Source of the DNA: an uncultured Bacteroidales bacterium
GTDB lineage: Bacteria; Bacteroidota; Bacteroidia; Bacteroidales; VadinHA17
DNA: 64,000 nt
Assembly (NCBI GenBank): GCA_963789985.1
Contig: CAWBNA010000015.1
Location: forward strand, 76,302 to 140,301
Direction of reading: 5' to 3'
In this document: positions 49,444-59,084 of the stretch, one piece after another
How the letters are laid out: every line of letters starts with the position of its first letter
How positions within the stretch are numbered: position 1 is the stretch's first letter
The notes under the pieces: model-generated
Seen by the model: only the letters and a program-made list of their open reading frames with translations
The model's database searches: none
What the model was told of the DNA's origin: nothing
Position numbers and translations under genes: made by a program

Positions 49444-50472
49444 ATGAAAGCACTTATTCTGGAAGAATATAACAGGTTTGCCTACAAAGATGTTCCTGTG
49501 CCGGTTACAAGTGACGACGAAGTACTTGTCGAAGTAAAAGCTGTTGGCATATGCGGCAGTGATGTACATGGAATGGACGGAAGCACAGGCCGGCGTATAC
49601 CACCGATAATAATGGGGCATGAAGCCTCAGGAGTAATTGCTGAAACCGGCAAAAAAGTGACAGGCTGGAATATCGGCGACAGAGTTACTTTTGATTCAAC
49701 CATTTATAAACTTGATGATTGGTATACCCGTAACGGACATTATAATCTCAGTGATAACAGAATGGTGCTGGGTGTCTCCTGCGGTGATTATAAACGTGAC
49801 GGTGCATTTGCTCAATATGTCAGTATTCCAGGCCACATTCTTTATCATATACCTGATAATGTCACTTTTGAGCAGGCAGCGATGGTTGAACCGGTTGCAG
49901 TAGCCTTACATGCCATTAATCTCTCAGGTGTGAAAATTAATGATACATCGGTTGTCTTTGGTTCCGGTATGATCGGTTTATTCATAATTCAGCTATTGAA
50001 ACTGGCAGGATCTAATGTTGTTGCGGTAGATATTCTGCAGGAAAAACTGGATATGGCTAAAAGAGCCGGAGCTGCTATGGTACTTAATTCCAATACAGAC
50101 GATATCACAGGCGAAATCAGAAAGCTTACGCAAAACAGGGGAGCGGATTTTGCTTTTGAGGCTGTTGGCATCACACCAACTGTTAAATCGGCTATTGAAA
50201 GTCTGCGCAAGGCTGGGACATTGATCCTTGTCGGCAACTTATCTCCTTTAATAGAGATCCCATTGCAAAAAGTAGTGACTCAGGAAATCACTGTTAAAGG
50301 TTCATGTGCAATAAACGGTGAATACCCGGCTGTGCTTGACCTCATTTCAAAGGGCAAAATCGATGTTGACAGTATGATGAGTGCCACGGCCCAATTGTCG
50401 GAAGGGGCTTTATATTTCGATAAACTTTATAAAAAGGAAAAAGGATTATTAAAAGTGATACTCAAACCCTAG
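49444..50472 (+). CDS. Zn-dependent medium-chain alcohol/polyol dehydrogenase (sorbitol/threonine-DH-like)
   Basis: 342 aa. GICGSDVH, GHEASG and the Rossmann motif GSGMIGL. Confidence 0.85.
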   Translation: MKALILEEYNRFAYKDVPVPVTSDDEVLVEVKAVGICGSDVHGMDGSTGRRIPPIIMGHEASGVIAETGKKVTGWNIGDRVTFDSTIYKLDDWYTRNGHYNLSDNRMVLGVSCGDYKRDGAFAQYVSIPGHILYHIPDNVTFEQAAMVEPVAVALHAINLSGVKINDTSVVFGSGMIGLFIIQLLKLAGSNVVAVDILQEKLDMAKRAGAAMVLNSNTDDITGEIRKLTQNRGADFAFEAVGITPTVKSAIESLRKAGTLILVGNLSPLIEIPLQKVVTQEITVKGSCAINGEYPAVLDLISKGKIDVDSMMSATAQLSEGALYFDKLYKKEKGLLKVILKP

Positions 50473-50484
50473 AAATTATTTCTC

Positions 50485-51609
50485 ATGGCCGATAAGATAA
50501 AAACCGGAATTATAGGATGCGGAAAAGTGGCAAGAATACATGCCGCTGCATTAGCTGCCATATCAAAATCTGCATTTATGGCAGTGTGCGGCAGAAATGA
50601 AAAAAAAACAACAGATTTTGCTTCAGGATATGGAGTAAGGGCATATATCAATGTTTCAGAAATGGTAAGTAAGGAAAAACTGGATATGGTAATTGTATGT
50701 ACCCCTCATCCTGCACACAGGGAACCGGCTGTTGAAGCTCTTGAAGCAGGTGCAAACGTACTTATTGAAAAGCCTATGGCATCTTCCCTCGAAGATTGCG
50801 ATGCTATACTTTCGGCAGCCAGAAAAGCGGGGAAACAAGTATCGGTCGTATCACAAAGGCGGTTCTATGCTCCATGCCTGCGTATGAAAAAAGCAATTGC
50901 TTCCGGGAAGGTTGGAGTACCCGTTCTTGGGACAGTTTTTATTTTTGGCTGGCGGGATGAGGCTTACTATAATAGTGATCCATGGAGGGGAACCTGGAAG
51001 GGAGAAGGTGGAGGGGTCCTCGTAAATCAGGCTCCGCATCAGTTAGATTTACTTCAATGGTTTATGGGCGGGGAAATTGATGAACTTTATGGCGTCTGGA
51101 AAAATCTGAACCATCCTTATATAGAAGTTGAAGATACTGCTTTGGCAATTCTGAAATTTAAAAATGGCGGACTGGGAAATATTATGGTCAGTAACTCCCA
51201 GAAACCCGGCATTTATGGTAAAGTTCATATTCATGGGAATAATGGAGCATCGGTAGGTGTTCAGACGGACGGTGGTGCCATGTTTATTGCTGGCATGACA
51301 AGTATTCTGGAGCCTCCGATAAATGACTTATGGTCAGTTCCGGGGGAAGAGAGCGAACTTAAAACCTGGATAAATGAAGATTCTGATTTTTTCAAAAGTG
51401 TCAATCCCATAGAATACTATCATAAGTTGCAGGTTGAAGATTTCATAGATGCTTTGATTTTTGGAAGAAAACCAATGGTAACGGGAGAGGATGGCAGGGT
51501 TACTGTTGAGATATTTACAGGGATATACCGCTCACAAAGGGATGGAAAAACAATAAAATTCCCGTTGATGCCTGAATATGGTCGTGCTGATTTTGATGGC
51601 AGATTATAA
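50485..51609 (+). CDS. Gfo/Idh/MocA-family oxidoreductase
   Basis: 374 aa. N-terminal IKTGIIGCGKVARIHA Rossmann motif and the EKPMA motif. Confidence 0.85.
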   Translation: MADKIKTGIIGCGKVARIHAAALAAISKSAFMAVCGRNEKKTTDFASGYGVRAYINVSEMVSKEKLDMVIVCTPHPAHREPAVEALEAGANVLIEKPMASSLEDCDAILSAARKAGKQVSVVSQRRFYAPCLRMKKAIASGKVGVPVLGTVFIFGWRDEAYYNSDPWRGTWKGEGGGVLVNQAPHQLDLLQWFMGGEIDELYGVWKNLNHPYIEVEDTALAILKFKNGGLGNIMVSNSQKPGIYGKVHIHGNNGASVGVQTDGGAMFIAGMTSILEPPINDLWSVPGEESELKTWINEDSDFFKSVNPIEYYHKLQVEDFIDALIFGRKPMVTGEDGRVTVEIFTGIYRSQRDGKTIKFPLMPEYGRADFDGRL

Positions 51610-51730
51610 TCTGTTATCTCTCATTCACTTAAATAAAACAGCAGAAATCATTCGAATTTGCACACTTAATGAACGTCGCCCAGGGTGGCAAGTACCAAAA
51701 AACCAACAGCTTCATCATTGATAAAACATT

Positions 51731-53032
51731 ATGGGGGAAATTCTATTAAATGATGACTCAGAAGGGAAAAATAAACCCTTAGGAATGCGTTGGGTAATGA
51801 TTTCTTTTGCCTTTGTGGCGACTTTTCTTAATTATTTGCACAGGTTATCATTTAATTATCTGACAGCCAAAGGTCCTTTACATGATCTGATACCAGATGA
51901 TGCCTTTGGTTATATTGCTTCAGCGTTTTTTATTGCTTATATGATTTCCAATGCCTTTTCAGGATTTGTAATTGATAAACTGAGAACCCGTATTGGCTAT
52001 TCATTAAGTATGGCTTTCTGGACGACTGCAGCTATTTTACATGCACTGGCAAAGTCTCCTTTCCAATTTGGATTCTTCAGGTTTCTATTAGGCATTGGCG
52101 AAGCAGGTAACTGGCCTGCAGCTATAAAACTCACCTCAGAATGGTTCCCGCCAAATGAACGTTCAACTGCCTCAGGAATTTTTAATAGCGGATCATCTAT
52201 TGGTGCAGTTGTTGCTCCTCCATTAATTGCCTTTCTTGGAACCACTTATGGCTGGCAGATAACATTCGTGGTTATCGGGGTATTTGGTTATTTGTGGCTT
52301 GCATCATTCTGGTTTATTTATTATACACCCAAAAAGGTTACTAAAGAGGCAAATGCGAGAATTATTCCTCCCTTTAGGTTACTAAAGAACAGATTTGTCC
52401 GCGGTTTAACATTATCAAAGGTTTTCATGGACCCGGTCTGGTATTTCATTACTTTTTGGATTGGAAGATATCTTGCTGATGTATATGGATGGAATCTTGC
52501 CAGGATAGGATGGTTTGCCATGTTCCCTTTCATTGTGTCAGATTTTGGAAATATTTTAGGAGGTTTATTCACTCAATTTATAATTAAAAATGGCCTTGAG
52601 ATACCTAAAGCAAGGAAATTTTCTGTCACTGTTTTTGGACTTGTTATGGCGCTGTCACTGATATCAGGTCCGTTTGTTATAAAGGGACCGGCAGGTGCAC
52701 TGACAATTCTTGCTGTCGCCGGTTTTGGTTATGCTGCATATACAGCTAATACAATGGCTTTCCCGGCTGACGTAGTACCCAAAAGTGCCACTGCTTCTGT
52801 CTGGGGAATTGCAAGTGTGGGAGCAGGATTGGGTGGCGTAATTTTTCAGTCAGTATCAGGTGTAACGATAAAAAATCTTTCAACTCATTTTAATCATACC
52901 ATTGCATATAACGCTGTTTTCATAGGATACGGACTTATAGCCCTTATCGGATTAGCAATAGTCCTTTTTACAACCGGGCCACTTGTCCGGAACAAAGATT
53001 TACAGGATTACGTTGAAAATGAAACCGCATAA
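51731..53032 (+). CDS. MFS transporter, hexuronate/sugar-acid (ExuT/ACS-like) type
   Basis: 433 aa with 12 TM segments. The blocks FVATFLNYLHR and GEAGNWPAAIK are typical of the anion:cation symporter subgroup. Confidence 0.75.
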   Translation: MGEILLNDDSEGKNKPLGMRWVMISFAFVATFLNYLHRLSFNYLTAKGPLHDLIPDDAFGYIASAFFIAYMISNAFSGFVIDKLRTRIGYSLSMAFWTTAAILHALAKSPFQFGFFRFLLGIGEAGNWPAAIKLTSEWFPPNERSTASGIFNSGSSIGAVVAPPLIAFLGTTYGWQITFVVIGVFGYLWLASFWFIYYTPKKVTKEANARIIPPFRLLKNRFVRGLTLSKVFMDPVWYFITFWIGRYLADVYGWNLARIGWFAMFPFIVSDFGNILGGLFTQFIIKNGLEIPKARKFSVTVFGLVMALSLISGPFVIKGPAGALTILAVAGFGYAAYTANTMAFPADVVPKSATASVWGIASVGAGLGGVIFQSVSGVTIKNLSTHFNHTIAYNAVFIGYGLIALIGLAIVLFTTGPLVRNKDLQDYVENETA

Positions 53033-53104
53033 TGCTTTTATACAAATTGTAAATTAACCATTGAATTACTTCATTTTTACGTATATTAAGCAAATCAAAT
53101 GATA

Positions 53105-53268
53105 TGAACCCCAGAGCAGCGCCTCCGCTGAGTAGCTTCAGCGCTCGCTGAAGCTCTGGACTCTAAAAACGGTGCAAGCACCGAGGAATTAAACCTGTTC
53201 TTCGCGTCCGCCGTCCGCGTGTCGCCGAAGCTTCAGCGGAGGCACAAGCTTTACGCGAAGGCGGATTA
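53105..53268. other. GC-rich, repeat-structured intergenic element (candidate structured RNA or REP/MITE-like repeat)
   Basis: About 60% G+C by hand count over 53111-53265, with AT-rich flanks. AGCTTCAGCG occurs at 53134-53143 and 53229-53238, and its complement CGCTGAAGCT at 53146-53155. GCCTCCGCTGA..AGCTTC (53121-53139) is complementary to GAAGCTTCAGCGGAGGC (53227-53243). CCAGAGC (53111-53117) pairs with GCTCTGG (53153-53159). I saw no ATG-initiated ORF. Confidence 0.5.
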
Positions 53269-53283
53269 AAAAAAAATATTGAT

Positions 53284-54801
53284 ATGGTGAAAACAACAGC
53301 TTTATCTTTTGTTCTTCTTATTGCAGCCTGTGCAGTCACTTTTTCGCAAACGACGAAAACTGCCCCGAACTACACTCTGCCCAGGAATGATGTGCATTAC
53401 CTCCGTGTTAAAGATTGGATTGAAGATAAAACTGATACTGATTACAATCATCCTTCATCAGCCACTATTGAGGCATTCCGTGATATAAAGTTCGGCGTGC
53501 GTATCCATTGGGGGATTTACTCCATCACGGGACAGGGAGGAGAATCATGGCCATTTTTAACTCTCTCAAATGAGAAGAAACAAGCTTACCAGGAACTATA
53601 TAAGACCTGGAATCCGACGGGCTTTAATGCTGAGGAATGGATGAAACTGTTCAGTGAAAACGGTATAAAAATGTTCGCATTCACTGCCATGCACCATGAA
53701 GGTTTCTCAATGTTTGACACTAAAGCAAGGGTTAAGAAAAGGGTTAATTGGCTTGCTCCCGGCGGTCCCTCCCTGGAAGATTGCGACCTGGCTTACAGCA
53801 TAATGGAGACTCCTTTCCACCGTGATGTAGTGAAAGAGCTTTGCGATGCCGGCCATAAGTACGGACTCAAAATAGATCTTTATTATTCGCACCCTGACTG
53901 GTACAATGCAGATTTCAGACCTTACAATTATCATCCGTTGCAGATACCTGATTCTCAAGAACATCCCGAACTTTACGGCAATGCGATCAGGGAACCCTAT
54001 ATCATTGTTCCAAATCCGACCCCGGAGGAGGAAGCCCGGATGATGGCATATCATCGCGAACAACTTACTCAACTGCTTACCAGCTATGGTAAAATTGATA
54101 TGATATGCCTCGATCAATGGTTAGGGGCAAAAGTGTGGCCACAGATGCGCCAGGAAATAAAAGATTTACGAAAAATTCAACCGGAAGTAATGTTCCGCGC
54201 GAGGGGTATTGGTAATTATGGTGACTATTATACTCCTGAGGGATTTATTCCCGGCAGTGTTGAAAACACAGATATGCCGTGGTTCGTAATTTATCCCTAT
54301 GGCAAATCCTTTTCATATGTCAGAAATGATGAATTCAAGGGTGTTCCATGGATTATCAATTGTCTTACAGATATTGTTGCCAAGGGCGGCAACTTCATGT
54401 TAGGTATCGGTCCAGATGCCACTGGTCGCTTTGACCCGTTGGTGATACAGGCAATTAAGGAAACAGGAGCCTGGTTAAAAGTTAATGGCGAGGCAATCTA
54501 CGCTACCCGTCCGCGAGAGGGCGATCTATGGAAAGAAGGTGATACTATCCGTTATACCCGGACAAAGGATAATAAGACCGTTTATGCCATCAGCCGCAGC
54601 TGGCCCGGTCGGATACTCAGACTAAAAACAATAGAACCCAGACAGGGTTCAGATATATTTATGCTGGGCCGGCCAAAACCTCTGGAGTGGAAGTATAATA
54701 AAAAGACAGGTCTGCAGATTTTACTTCCTGCAGAATTACAGGATGAGTCGCACCGGCCGTGTAAAATGGCATGGTGTTTCAGGATCACGGCCCTGAATTG
54801 A
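53284..54801 (+). CDS. GH29 alpha-L-fucosidase, secreted
   Basis: 505 aa with a signal peptide. FGVRIHWGIYS, FTAMHHEGFSMFDT and LYYSHPDW are typical of GH29. Confidence 0.85.
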   Translation: MVKTTALSFVLLIAACAVTFSQTTKTAPNYTLPRNDVHYLRVKDWIEDKTDTDYNHPSSATIEAFRDIKFGVRIHWGIYSITGQGGESWPFLTLSNEKKQAYQELYKTWNPTGFNAEEWMKLFSENGIKMFAFTAMHHEGFSMFDTKARVKKRVNWLAPGGPSLEDCDLAYSIMETPFHRDVVKELCDAGHKYGLKIDLYYSHPDWYNADFRPYNYHPLQIPDSQEHPELYGNAIREPYIIVPNPTPEEEARMMAYHREQLTQLLTSYGKIDMICLDQWLGAKVWPQMRQEIKDLRKIQPEVMFRARGIGNYGDYYTPEGFIPGSVENTDMPWFVIYPYGKSFSYVRNDEFKGVPWIINCLTDIVAKGGNFMLGIGPDATGRFDPLVIQAIKETGAWLKVNGEAIYATRPREGDLWKEGDTIRYTRTKDNKTVYAISRSWPGRILRLKTIEPRQGSDIFMLGRPKPLEWKYNKKTGLQILLPAELQDESHRPCKMAWCFRITALN

Positions 54802-54828
54802 TTTTACGCTTCGGTATAAAATGGACTT

Positions 54829-56058
54829 TTAGTCAAGTGTAAACAAGGTCAGAGAGTCATGGTCTTTTATAAAGATCCTGTTACCCGAGAGAACAGGGTG
54901 TGCATAAATTGAATTTTCTTTAAGTTTTATCAAAGCAACCTGATTATATTTCTGTCCGTCCGGTTTTAGCACAACAAAATTTGAATTACTTGTTGTAACT
55001 ATTATTACGGATCCTGCATCAACTATTGACCCAAAATTTTGAAGAGCAGTCTCGTCAGTCCATGATGTCTTGCCTGTACCTGCATTAATACAGAAAAGTC
55101 TGCTTCGATTCGAAAGTCCGTATAAGAATCCATCCTTCAATACAGGTGTACTGAATGACGTACTGAAATCGGGGTTAGACCAGAGCTTATTCACAATAAA
55201 TGAGTTTCCCTCTTTCCTGATTTCTATGGCATTAAATCCATTGTTCAGGCCTGTGTAATAAATCCTGTTCTGATCTGCAACCGGGCTTGTCGCATTCTGT
55301 ACCATACCTGATCCGGCCGGAGTGGCAAATTCCCATAATTGTTTTCCGTCAGAAAGACTGAAACTGATAAGTTTTGTCTGTGCCTGAAATACTATCTGCT
55401 GTGATCCATCTATTGTTATCAGAACCGGCGATCCATATGCCGGACCATCTCCTTCAACTTTCCATTTAACAGCACCTGTTGACAGATCAAATGCTAAAAA
55501 CTGGCCAGTTTTAGGGCCACCCAGATGAGCATAGCAGACTCCTGATGATACCAAAGGTGACATGCCTGTAAAAAACTGAGGTACTGCACCTTTATAATCT
55601 TCATTCCTCCATAGTAATTTACCAGTAACAGCATCAAAACAAGCTACGTCCCCTCCTACTCCCAAAGTAACCACCTTCCCTTCCGCTACAGCGACGGAAC
55701 TTCTGGGACCCGGATGCGATGCCGCCGGACCTGTAACAACTATAGCCGGATAACCTGCTGATTGCCATACTTGTTTCCCTGTTGATGCATCCAGACATTG
55801 AAGTACTTCATTATTTTCCTGACGGGTGAAAACATAAAGTTTGTTGTTAACCAGGGCCGGAGTTGCATCACCAGGTCCAACTGTGACCTTCCATGTTTGA
55901 CTGAATTGCTGCGGCCATGTTTGCGGAACCTTAAATCCGGAAACTTTGCCATCACGATTTATCCCCCTCCATTGAGGCCAATCCTGAGCCTGAACTGTCA
56001 AAATATTCACTGACATGATCAGAACCGATAACTGAAAAAGTCTGAATAATTGTTTCAT
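54829..56058 (-). CDS. Secreted PQQ-like (BamB/YxaL-type) beta-propeller repeat protein
   Basis: 409 aa with a signal peptide. DWPQWRGINRDGKV start and repeated G..LW/VW propeller blades. Confidence 0.75.
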   Translation of the reverse strand: MKQLFRLFQLSVLIMSVNILTVQAQDWPQWRGINRDGKVSGFKVPQTWPQQFSQTWKVTVGPGDATPALVNNKLYVFTRQENNEVLQCLDASTGKQVWQSAGYPAIVVTGPAASHPGPRSSVAVAEGKVVTLGVGGDVACFDAVTGKLLWRNEDYKGAVPQFFTGMSPLVSSGVCYAHLGGPKTGQFLAFDLSTGAVKWKVEGDGPAYGSPVLITIDGSQQIVFQAQTKLISFSLSDGKQLWEFATPAGSGMVQNATSPVADQNRIYYTGLNNGFNAIEIRKEGNSFIVNKLWSNPDFSTSFSTPVLKDGFLYGLSNRSRLFCINAGTGKTSWTDETALQNFGSIVDAGSVIIVTTSNSNFVVLKPDGQKYNQVALIKLKENSIYAHPVLSGNRIFIKDHDSLTLFTLD

Positions 56059-56448
56059 CTTGAATGTTTTTAATGATCCTTATCAAAGTTATTTTAAAAT
56101 TTGATTTAACGCGCTGTTTCCAATCAGAGAAAATCAGGGTAATTCCAGATCAGGCCGGTAAATTTATTCCGGCGAAATTTGTTCATTTAATCTGCCTATT
56201 ATGCAATGAATATGATAAATTAAATAGATAATTTTGTTTAACCACTTTTTGGCCTGATAATTCTCTTTTTAAGACACCAACTTTGATGTTATCAATTTAC
56301 TTCGGGTAAATGTGATCAGTTTACCCGGCTTTTGCAGGATAAGAATAAAATTTTTGATATTGAAGAACTGGTCAAAAAAAATAGTTTAAAATTAAAGTGC
56401 CGGAAAGGTAGTGAATTGGGAAATTATTCCGGATATAACCAAATTAGA

Positions 56449-56925
56449 ATGTTAAAGATCTTAATTCTGCCCCTTTTACTGTTTTTTCACCCTATCCATG
56501 TGACAGTGATAAGTATTGACCAGGCAAAGGGGACCGATTCTCTGAAAGTTTTTTTCCGAATGTATTATGATGATTTCCTGAGAGATTACAAATCATTCGA
56601 ACCAGATTTTAATATTGAGACATTATCAGGAGATAAACTTGTTCCTGATGATTTAATTAACAAATATTTCAATGACAGGGTGCAGATCTATGTAAACCAT
56701 AAATTACTGACCGGCAAGTTAATAACTGTCTCAACTGATACTTATGAAATCTATATGAACCTGCTTTACAAGTCAGAGAAAAACCCTAAGAAATTCAAAA
56801 TCAAGAATAAGGTTTTGACTGAATTATACAGCGATCAGACAAATCTGATCTTTATAAACATAAACAAAAATGAGCAGGCAATGAGACTGACGTCTGAACA
56901 CTATCAGGAATCCTTGTCATTTTAA
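56449..56925 (+). CDS. Small uncharacterised anchored/secreted protein, paralog A
   Basis: 158 aa from the ATG at 56449; the track ORF begins at TTG 56332. Hydrophobic N-terminus then HPIHVTVISID..GTDSLKVF. About 45% identical to the convergent gene at 57086-57565. Confidence 0.6.
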   Translation: MLKILILPLLLFFHPIHVTVISIDQAKGTDSLKVFFRMYYDDFLRDYKSFEPDFNIETLSGDKLVPDDLINKYFNDRVQIYVNHKLLTGKLITVSTDTYEIYMNLLYKSEKNPKKFKIKNKVLTELYSDQTNLIFININKNEQAMRLTSEHYQESLSF

Positions 56926-57085
56926 AGGCTAACAGTATCCGTCAGGGTCATATGAAGCAGGGTTATCATTATAAGTCATTTCTCCGGATATGATACGGGT
57001 TACAGAAAAAATCAAGGTATTAATTGATAAATTGACAGCAACAACGCTGACGATCTCTTCATTTTGTCAAGTTCCTCACCTGCAT

Positions 57086-57565
57086 TTATTTTATAATGAA
57101 AGTCTCTTCATTATGCTCAGGAGTAAATTTGATCCCTTTCTCAAAATTGTTTATCCTTATGATAGTTAAATTTGTCTGATCACTGAACCATCCGTTAAGA
57201 ATCATATTTCTGACAATTATACTCTTCGGCCTTTTATCTGTCTTGTAAATCAGATTCAGGTTGATTTCATTATCAGTGAAATTCACGGTTAATAACTTCC
57301 CTGTCAGCAGTTTATTATTTATATAGATAAAGACTTTTGAATTAAAGTACTGGTTTATCAGGTCAGCAGGAAACGGCTGCTTACTAAATATTATGCTCAA
57401 ATTCCTGTCGTCATCGATAGTCTGTAAATCTTTCAGAAAATCATTGAAATTCATCTTACAAAATACTTTTAAAGAATCGGTGCCTTGAACATAGTCAATT
57501 CCGGTCATTGTTACATGGCCCGGTTGGATGATCAACCATATTGAGATAACTAAGGCTCTTAACAT
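57086..57565 (-). CDS. Small uncharacterised anchored/secreted protein, paralog B
   Basis: 159 aa. QPGHVTMTGID..GTDSLKVF, DLINQYFN, NNKLLTGKLLTV and SDQTNL are shared with paralog A. Confidence 0.6.
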   Translation of the reverse strand: MLRALVISIWLIIQPGHVTMTGIDYVQGTDSLKVFCKMNFNDFLKDLQTIDDDRNLSIIFSKQPFPADLINQYFNSKVFIYINNKLLTGKLLTVNFTDNEINLNLIYKTDKRPKSIIVRNMILNGWFSDQTNLTIIRINNFEKGIKFTPEHNEETFIIK

Positions 57566-57794
57566 TTTTCTTCAGTTTTGGCAGTTATCCAAGTGCATGC
57601 ATTTTTTAAGCAAGTCAGATAAGTAATAAGCCAAAGTTAATTCTATTTTAATGGGTAGTTAATACTGTCTTGAATATGACTTCAATATTAATTGTTATTT
57701 ATAACCATATTACTTTTGGACAGGATGCTCATTTTTGGCTTTTCCACTCATATTTTAAATTTATTCATATTAAAAAGTTGCGTAGTTTTGGAAT

Positions 57795-58958
57795 ATGAAC
57801 ACCACTATTCATATTGATGTACTTTCAGTGTTTATTTTCATAGGTGTATTCCTGGGTCTGGTTCTTTCATTTTTCTTCATATTTAAACCTTCATCAAACA
57901 GTCAGGCCAACCGTTTCCAGGGATTATTGCTTTTTTCGCTTTCGCTCATTATACTTGAACAGGTTCTCGGTCTTACAGGTTATATAGTAAAGGTCCTCCC
58001 CCTGACATTTAGCTCAGCATCAATGAATTTCCTGATTGGTCCGTTTCTCTACCTTTTTGTAAAAAGAAGCATCAATCAGCCAGGTTCAAAAAAAGAATGG
58101 ATCCATTTTATCCTTCCAATATTCTATCTGGTGTATCTGTGTTTCGATTTTATTCAGCCCAACGAGTTCAAATACAACATCTATGTAGTCAATTATCACC
58201 CCGACTGGCAACTGCTGAAAGTTAACACAACCATATCAAATGATCCGCTGAATATAAATAAATACCTGACTCCTTTGCAGGCAATTCAGATCCTGTTTTA
58301 TATTTCACTTTCGTTTGTGAAACTTGTGAAAAAAGCCGCTGAAACAGGATCGTCGATATTCAGGACAGATGATGATGTCCTTAAATCGTTAAGATTCGTA
58401 ATTTTCCACAGCTTCATGATCCTTTTGATTTTTATTATTTGTAAAACAAATTTTCATGGGAATGCCGATGATTATTTTATCAGTGTATATGTAGCTGTGT
58501 TTACTCTCCTGACAACTTACAGGGTAATGAATGATTCGGCGTACTTCGATCGTTCTGCATCTTTCCTGGATATTTCAATCGGGAAGTACCGTAAATCATC
58601 TTTAACTGAAGCGGGGAAACAGAAGATAATCAGTAATATCCAGCTCGAATTTGAAACCAGGCAATATTATTCTGAAAGTCTGGCATCCCTGTCTGATCTT
58701 TCAAAAAAGATCGGTGAGAGTACACATCATGTATCCCAGGTATTGAACGAAAAACTGAATAAAAGCTTTTTTGAACTGCTTGCATCATACAGAGTGGAAT
58801 ATGCCAAGAAGATTTTAAGTGATGATAAGGAGAATAAACTCACCATTGAGGAAATATCGGAAATGGTTGGATACAATTCAAAAACTGCCTTCAATAATGC
58901 CTTTAAGAAGCTGACCGGAAAAACTCCGTCTGAATTTCGCAAGTCAATAAATATCTGA
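57795..58958 (+). CDS. Membrane-embedded AraC-family transcriptional regulator
   Basis: 387 aa. About 6-7 N-terminal TM segments and a C-terminal AraC-type HTH (LSKKIGESTHHVSQVLNE...GYNSKTAFNNAFKKLTGKTPSEFR). Confidence 0.75.
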   Translation: MNTTIHIDVLSVFIFIGVFLGLVLSFFFIFKPSSNSQANRFQGLLLFSLSLIILEQVLGLTGYIVKVLPLTFSSASMNFLIGPFLYLFVKRSINQPGSKKEWIHFILPIFYLVYLCFDFIQPNEFKYNIYVVNYHPDWQLLKVNTTISNDPLNINKYLTPLQAIQILFYISLSFVKLVKKAAETGSSIFRTDDDVLKSLRFVIFHSFMILLIFIICKTNFHGNADDYFISVYVAVFTLLTTYRVMNDSAYFDRSASFLDISIGKYRKSSLTEAGKQKIISNIQLEFETRQYYSESLASLSDLSKKIGESTHHVSQVLNEKLNKSFFELLASYRVEYAKKILSDDKENKLTIEEISEMVGYNSKTAFNNAFKKLTGKTPSEFRKSINI

Positions 58959-58987
58959 CAACCATTAACATACGTTATAGAACTCAT

Positions 58988-59026
58988 ACATCCCTATGGG
59001 GATGTACAACATCCGCATAGGGATGT
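58988..59026. promoter_or_regulatory. Tandem palindromes ACATCC-N6-GGATGT x2 (operator- or terminator-like)
   Basis: acatccCTATGGggatgt (58988-59005) and acatccGCATAGggatgt (59009-59026), 21 bp start to start. They lie 30 nt after the AraC stop and about 60-97 nt before the sigma-factor ATG at 59085. Confidence 0.4.
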
Positions 59027-59084
59027 TCTTCAAATGCCTGTGTCCGATAGTAGTTTTGATCCAAAGAAATTAAAACTATATATC

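Noticed and set aside
53707-54117. 136-aa reverse ORF inside the GH29 gene
   Set aside because: It is antisense to a confidently identified fucosidase and has no signature.
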